From: an uncultured bacterium
GTDB lineage: Bacteria; Verrucomicrobiota; Kiritimatiellia; RFP12; UBA1067
DNA: 64,000 nucleotides
NCBI GenBank assembly: GCA_902764415.1
Contig: CACWVU010000009.1
Location: 3,438 to 67,437, forward strand
Reading direction: 5' to 3'
How positions within the stretch are numbered: the stretch's first letter is position 1; each line of letters opens with the position of its first letter. The notes under the pieces are model-generated. The model ran no database searches. It had not been told where the DNA came from and worked only from the letters and a program-made list of their open reading frames with translations. The translations under genes and the position numbers were made by a program. Below, piece by piece: positions 63,301 through 64,000 of this stretch.

Positions 63301-63571
63301 GGCGGATACGGGAAAGATCAAGGCCGTAGCCAAGAACCTATTGGAGAAGCTGAAGGCGGAGAAGCTTGCCGTCAGCCACTGGCGCGACAAGGAAAGTACG
63401 CGAGACGGCGTGAAGAAGCAGATTCGCGATTTTCTTTTTTCCGACGCGACTGGCTTGCCCGCCGCCTATACGGATACGGAAATCGATGTAAAGACGAATG
63501 TCGTCTTTCGGCATATCTACGAGGTCTATCCCGTTTTGCCGTCGCCGTACTACGGACGCAAGAGCGCATAG
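60332..63571 (+). CDS. hsdR: Type I restriction enzyme, endonuclease/translocase subunit
   Basis: Nuclease region RADVVGFVNGVPLVFMELKN; motor motifs WHTQGSGKS, ISDEAHRTQYG, GFTGTPLF. GAGGG lies 6 nt before ATG 60332 (alternative ATG at 60326). Confidence 0.93.
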   Translation: MSVYTEDNLVQKTTAEYLVNSLDWNESVYAMQEVFGTAGTLGRVDEGEVLLVRYLRPALEKLNPGLPAAAYDDAVRILADTSVSMGLDAINREKYKLLLDGIPVRYTAADGTKKKAALRVFDFDDPDKNHFLCVRELWLRGSLGRRRRADVVGFVNGVPLVFMELKNVTKDISIAYRDNFCDYRKVVPQIFHFNAFVILANGIDAKIGTHSAKFKFFHAWKRLSEDEPGAVDMETLLKGSCSKANLLDLFENFIVYDESAGAVAKILARNHQFLGVNRAVEAVRNRKGTDGKLGVFWHTQGSGKSYSMVYFTRKVHRKLGGNFTFLILTDRDELDTQIYKTFAGCGVVDNDKDECRAASGAHLKALLGQHKSHVFSLIQKFNEEVRPGEAYTTRDDVIVISDEAHRTQYGLLALNMRNALPNAGYIGFTGTPLFKGDELTKQVFGDYVSRYDFQRAVDDGATVPLYYDARGEKLNVATQDINEKIAEKLAAFEAEDVDVAEKLESELKRDYHVITAKKRLDQIARDFVRHYSASWENGKAMFVCIDKITCVKMYDLISKYWDEETRSLEAKLYATEDEQEEQFLRRQVAWMTETVKAVIVSEEQNEDEKFAKWGLDILPHRRVMKEGMSLPESFKSKLEYVGRDRMDVDEAFKADEHPFRIAIVCAMWLTGFDVPSLGTLYLDKPLKAHTLMQAIARANRVNEGKNNGLIVDYCGILKNLRQALATFAGGTGVLGTEGCETDPVKPEEDLLAELDEAIRLVREWLETHGASLTAIMESDGFAKNAAINAAKEAANENDETRKRFEVLCRACFAKFKACITFAGVNRYRGEYAAIRVIYMSLQQGKADADISDIMRELQKIVDEAIVPQEAVGDERAPYDISRIDFERLRQEFATSKSKRTAVQSMKATVEAKLAALLARNPLRTDFQRRYEEIVAAYNSEKDRQTIEQTFEALLKFIAEMSEEEERAVRVGLDEETLAIYDLLKKPALSKADTGKIKAVAKNLLEKLKAEKLAVSHWRDKESTRDGVKKQIRDFLFSDATGLPAAYTDTEIDVKTNVVFRHIYEVYPVLPSPYYGRKSA

Positions 63572-63585
63572 AATGGGCATTTTGA

Positions 63586-64000
63586 ATGGCAAGCGACTTC
63601 AAGAAACTTTCCGACAAGGTCAAGCCGCGCGAGCAATTGCGCGACGCTGTGTCACCGTCCGAACTGAAGCCGGAGGCGCTGCTGGCGATTTTGTTGCGCA
63701 CGGGGGCGGCGGGTTGCAACGTCCTGGAGACGGCGCGGCGTCTCGTCGATGCGTTTGGTTCCGTGGCGGAGCTCGTCAAGAGCGACTGGCGCACGCTCGA
63801 CCGGCACATCCGCGAATACAACGAACTGCACCCCGAACGGAAGATCAAGGGCGTTGGGCAGCTCAAGATGCTGGAACTCGCGGCGGCGTTCGAACTTGTG
63901 CGGAGGGGGTATGAGATCGACGGCGAGGACATCCGCCGGATCAAGATTGCCAAGCCGGAGGATTCATACCGCATCTTCCGCGAGGCGGCGCTCGTGGGGG
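63586..64000 (+). CDS. RadC-like (JAB/MPN family) protein, N-terminal part, truncated by window edge (absent from ORF track)
   Basis: Own translation: MASDFKKLSDKVKPREQLRDAVSPSELKPEALLAILLRTGAAGCNVLETARRLVDAFGSVAELVKSDWRTLDRHI...IKGVGQLKMLELAAAFELVRRG. This is the typical RadC N-terminal HhH region (ELLAILLRTG, GIGxxKAxxLxAAxEL). Confidence 0.65.
   Translation, partial: MASDFKKLSDKVKPREQLRDAVSPSELKPEALLAILLRTGAAGCNVLETARRLVDAFGSVAELVKSDWRTLDRHIREYNELHPERKIKGVGQLKMLELAAAFELVRRGYEIDGEDIRRIKIAKPEDSYRIFREAALVG

Noticed and set aside
1-64000. Search by eye for rRNA, tRNA, tmRNA and CRISPR arrays in all intergenic gaps (1858-2073, 3523-3604, 30593-30740, 38285-38632, 50131-50346, 56531-56655 and others).
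   Set aside because: No cloverleaf-like GTGGC...TTCGAATC-type patterns, no rRNA-like conserved blocks, and no regularly spaced 25-40-bp repeats were found. The only tandem repeats are the 7-mers and 9-mers, which are far too short for CRISPR. A tRNAscan/Infernal run would be needed for certainty.

Overview
64-kb window from a high-GC bacterial chromosome (core roughly 65-70 % GC by eye). I cannot fix the taxon from sequence alone; the Bacteroidota-like ParC, long Pgk and many leaderless genes hint at a PVC/Bacteroidota-like lineage. All family assignments come from motif recognition by eye; no searches were run. The window has three parts. (1) 1-9434 is a lower-GC accessory block downstream of uvrA. 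It holds nine minus-strand ORFs: seven hypothetical genes mostly with signal peptides, one truncated hydrolase-like ORF, and one chimeric ORF carrying an IS4-like transposase remnant. A 90-bp direct repeat (3433-3522 / 9345-9434) duplicates the last 17 codons of uvrA plus a promoter and the first 4 codons of the downstream gene. (2) 9381-50130 is core genome: uvrA, rho, a ParA/MinD-like ATPase, a stand-alone GMP synthase ATP-PPase subunit, a CapD-like dehydratase, a DUF4886+GH78-like hydrolase, parC, a 7-gene 2-aminoethylphosphonate (AEP) biosynthesis/tailoring operon, rpsT, pgk, a GntR-type regulator with two secreted proteins, a purH-like gene, HIT, a CcdA-thioredoxin fusion, dCMP deaminase, tpiA, an LRR lipoprotein, DUF192, nusA, infB and a DUF4838-GDPD fusion. 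(3) 50187-64000 is a mosaic lower-GC island with a type I R-M system (hsdM, hsdS, hsdR) split by cargo genes: an AlbA_2/HATPase_c_4 protein, a coiled-coil multi-TM protein, a Bro-N-like mini-protein, a RecQ helicase fused to a ComF-type PRTase domain, and a DprA/SLOG-like protein. A radC-like gene follows. The helicase-PRTase / DprA-like / TM-protein cargo is my best candidate for an undescribed, defence-type system. Other recurrent signals are a TGGTATAAT(ACGC) extended -10 promoter found 14 times (half in leaderless layout), CGAACCA heptamer arrays in two promoters and inside two coding regions, and a 68-bp hairpin element inserted in frame in uvrA. I saw no rRNA, tRNA or CRISPR array.
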